64,000 bases of DNA, from contig OZ316892.1 of assembly GCA_973895155.1 (NCBI GenBank), positions 7,237,251 through 7,301,250 of the forward strand. The letters are read 5' to 3'. Positions 60,431 through 64,000 of the stretch are shown here, in pieces. The stretch is from Marsupella aquatica (Eukaryota > Plantae > Marchantiophyta). The position numbers were made by a program, and so were the translations under genes. Position 1 is the first letter of the stretch. Every line of letters starts with the position of its first letter. The notes beneath the pieces are model-generated. The model saw nothing but the letters and a program-made list of their open reading frames with translations. It made no database searches and was not told the DNA's origin.

Positions 60431-63400
60431 CTACACCTTACAAACTAAGGTGTGTGCACCCAGAAGCTTGAATGACCATGCTCTGAAGCTTGGTCGCGAT
60501 GACCTGCAGGAGAACAAATTCAGGAACGAAGCTCTGAAGGAGAAGGCTGCTCTAGCTCCTTGTTGCTCCTAGCCCATACTGTTCTGGAGACAGGACATTC
60601 ATACACTTAAAACCTAAGAGATCAGTAAGTTTTACTAATTTTCGTGAAAGTAGAGGGGAACTTTCATAATGAGCCCCTCCAAATCTTTATTGTGCATCTT
60701 CTCCACAAATGCACTGAAAATCACTAAGAGCACTAATTTCACTTTCTGATGGGGCAGCAATGGACGAACAAAGAACCAGACATTTGTGATGTCCATCATC
60801 AATTGAAAGGTCTTCTTGCCAAGTTCGCTAGCTTAATTGAAACAATGGTTTTCTGTCGTGTCCCAATTCAACCCAAGAAAAGTCTTTGGGAATGGCAAGG
60901 GAGTGAAAAGGAAGGGAAGGTGGAGTACTATGAGTACCCTAACCATCACCTCGCATCTCCTTGTACCCTACAAGATAAAAAGATATTCTCCATCCGGCAA
61001 CCTACTTGTCTTGGGGCAGGGCCAGTCTTTGAAAATGCAAATGACACAACCGCTGAATTGGCACTCATGCTAGTATTTCCAAAATATTCATTGGGAATTC
61101 GTTCTTCCAGGTTTCACAAAAGATCACCCAAAGTTTAGGTACTGCGACTGAGCTTCCCAGCTGTATGGTCAAATAAGCCTATAACCTCTAAACAGAGCAT
61201 GTAGAGGCTGAATTTGGAGGGATGGCTTCCCAACATGGGAGTTTATCCCTAAATAAATGGCAGCCAGCCTTTGACCATTTTCATAACCTTGACCTCTATA
61301 TTTGGTAGAAATGAGAGCCATAGAGAGAGCTACTCCCATATATGTCAGAGATTACACCTATGCAGCCTCCATTGTCACAACCTTGATCTGGTAGAAACGA
61401 GAGCCAAACAGAGGGACCTTTATTCCCATCTACCTCAGATATTACCATAGATCACACCATAGATCATAGATATGCTTGAGATTTTGAGCCTACAGTAGAT
61501 ATGACACTTTGGAGAGTATGGAGGTCAAAGAAGGGTGAGAGCCTACTCTGACTCAATTCAAGACTGGGCTTTTCTAATTTCGAGGCCTCCTAATGATGAG
61601 CTACATAAAATGGTGAGCCTATGGTGACCGAATCCATATGGGGCTTTCGTAACTTCTAGGCCTGGGCTATATCTTCCGTTCAGAGCTACATCCTGGGTTT
61701 GGAGCTAAGATATGGGGCTTTCACAACTTCTAGGCCTCCAAATGATGGGCTACATTGTGGCTTGTTTATTAGAGCACGTTCAAAATTCTGACATTGCTAT
61801 ATGGTGAAACCTAGTTACGTTTTTCTTTCATATTTTATTTTAGCATAAATTAGAGTTGTAATGTTCTCTTACAATAAGACATTCATCAAAATAATTACCT
61901 TCTGGATAATTTTCAAGCCCCCTTTACCAGAAAAGAAATCCTTACTTTTGATTAAATTTTGTACCCCTTTTAAGGAAAATTTGAGGTTACATTTAACCCA
62001 AATTCCCACCAATGTCAGGAATTTTTTTCCAAGACAATTGTTTCACACAAAACAATCGGTGCAATGGCGGAAAGTTTTTCTGAGACATGAATTGCTTTTT
62101 CTGTACAGCCTTTTTGCTACAGTTGGCTCTTTTCTTTAAGAGTTTTTCTGCTCTTAAAAGACACAAAGCACTTAAACTGTCAGGGAATTGAACCCTGAGT
62201 TGTCCAGTGAGCACTGGGCAACCTTCCAAGCAGTCTCGACTCTGAACCTGGCAAGGAGGCAGATTGATCCAGTCAACCCAGGAAACAAAGAAATGGGGAT
62301 GCCCTAAAAACGTTTCTCCTATTCATCGCAACCTTAGTGGAGGAGCATTAAGAAATAGAATCAACAAGCTAACACTGCAGATCAGGAGATTGCAAGAAAC
62401 CAATTAAAGATTTGATGAAGATCCTCAAGCTAAAAACTCAAGCTAAAAACTGACGCAATGCCCAGAAAGCTATCCCAAGAGAAGCTCAAAATAGTCTGTC
62501 ATCCTAAGGTGAATTTGCCTATCAACTACCGAAATATTCTCACAAAGCAGGCTTGGCACCAATCTGAAAACAATATCCAACCTGCCATCAACCACATCAC
62601 TAATCATTTCCGTTCTGCAAATCGCAGAATAGGACACAATGTCTCGTCATGGTTTAACCAAACAGCCAAGAATCCAAGATGAGCACATAAAAACGATCAC
62701 CAGCCATAGAACTGATTGGCACAGCCAAGGCTACCAACATTCAAACATCCACTGGAGCGACAATTGATCGATCAAGATTGGCCACTACGTATACAACACA
62801 GCCAAGTGGTATCGAGCAGCATCCAGCATCTAGCAATAGTGAGTATGACCATCCAGCAAGCAGCAACGACAAGCACTGGCATCCAACGGGCGAATCCCTG
62901 AACTGCTTCCAAGCAGAGTTCAACGAGAGCAGAGAATCCTAGCACTAATTAAAGTAGGCAGCCAGAATATTGCCCCTTCACAATGAAAAAAAACAGAATA
63001 GAGAATTTGAGAGAAGCAATTTCGAGTAATACCTTCCTTCAACATCAAAGATAGCAGCTAGCCATCAGCTGGAGCACACAACCGAGGCCACAAAACAAGC
63101 AAAAAGTAATTCCCAATAGAGCCAAAACGACCAAAGCACACAGTCAAATCAGGGCCAAGCACAAAACGAGTCTAACAGAGCACATGAGGCTGAACCCCGG
63201 GCTGAACTCAGCATGGAGAAGCAAAAATCCAAGCAGTGAAACCTGAGCACCGAGCGCAGAGGTCCGAGTAGCACAGAGGTCCAACGAGAGCGCAGTTACC
63301 CTAAACAAGAGCATCGCAGGTAGAGCAACGAGAGGCCAAAAACCTTCAAAAACTGAGCCTCAGAAACGAGCCTCAGAAAATGGGCACAAAGCAAGTGCAA

Positions 63401-64000
63401 ACCAAAGCCAATCTGCAACAGAAACCAAGCACCAGCGAGCCAAGGCCGGGCACCAAAAGCGAGGACGAGTAGCAGCAGAAATGGAGCCCTACAGCGAGCT
63501 CCCCACGGAAGTACAGTTCCATTTCAAAAACTCTCCAGCCTCCTCTCAATTGAGCTCTCTCTCGATCTCCAGCCTCTCGCACCGCCTGAACTTACATACA
63601 ATCATACTCATTTTTGGACGAGAGACGGAGAGATTGATTGTTTAGGGTTTAGGGTCAGAAGCCTAACCCTATAAGCCGCCTCCCACACATTACACACACA
63701 TGCAAAGACAAAACACAAAATGCCCTGCCCAAAGTCTGTCATCCCACATACAAAAACACATTCATTATATCCACTCGCTACAAGACAAATTAACTATTAA
63801 TGTTCCAGGATGAGCGGCTATAATTAGAGCACGTTCATTTGGCAAATTCTCACTAGATTCCACCCCTCCAAAATAGTCTTCACCCCTTTTGTCAATAATT
63901 CACTAGTTTTTCTATGTCCTATTCCCCAGTTTCCCATCTAGTCACCAGTTTCTCCATTAGCCAGAATCCAATGGCCATCCTTAAACCTAGGGAGATTAAG

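Noticed and set aside
60600-63670. Possible degenerate LINE 5' region with telo-box repeats at ~63641
   Set aside because: No endonuclease or RT motif could be read with confidence.

Overview
Eukaryotic land-plant DNA, most likely a bryophyte/liverwort (spliceosomal GT-AG introns, plant-type transposons, telo-boxes). I see no rRNA, intact tRNA or CRISPR array. Two intact multi-exon genes can be reconstructed by hand, and both have unusual domain fusions that appear only after splicing. (1) A ~1425-aa R2R3-MYB of the MYB64/MYB98/MYB119 (FGMYB) clade (6000-12250, +) ends in a catalytically degenerate MoaE (molybdopterin synthase large subunit)-like domain. Downstream lies an ORF-poor region and a convergent, GA-repeat-rich promoter-like block (15.5-16.3 kb) that fits the liverwort FGMYB/SUF antisense sex-switch layout. 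(2) A ~826-aa protein (53903-57487, +) combines an EAR-like LRLGLP motif, an F-box and a cullin N-terminal-repeat-like domain. The rest is gene-poor: an intronless UTP6 pseudogene, a kelch-repeat pseudogene, a young complete Ty1/copia element with TSDs, a 5'-truncated CRE-type RLE non-LTR retrotransposon, a Helitron-like end with a tandem array, several MITE/hAT elements and tandem duplications. All homology calls come from motif recognition by eye, not database searches.
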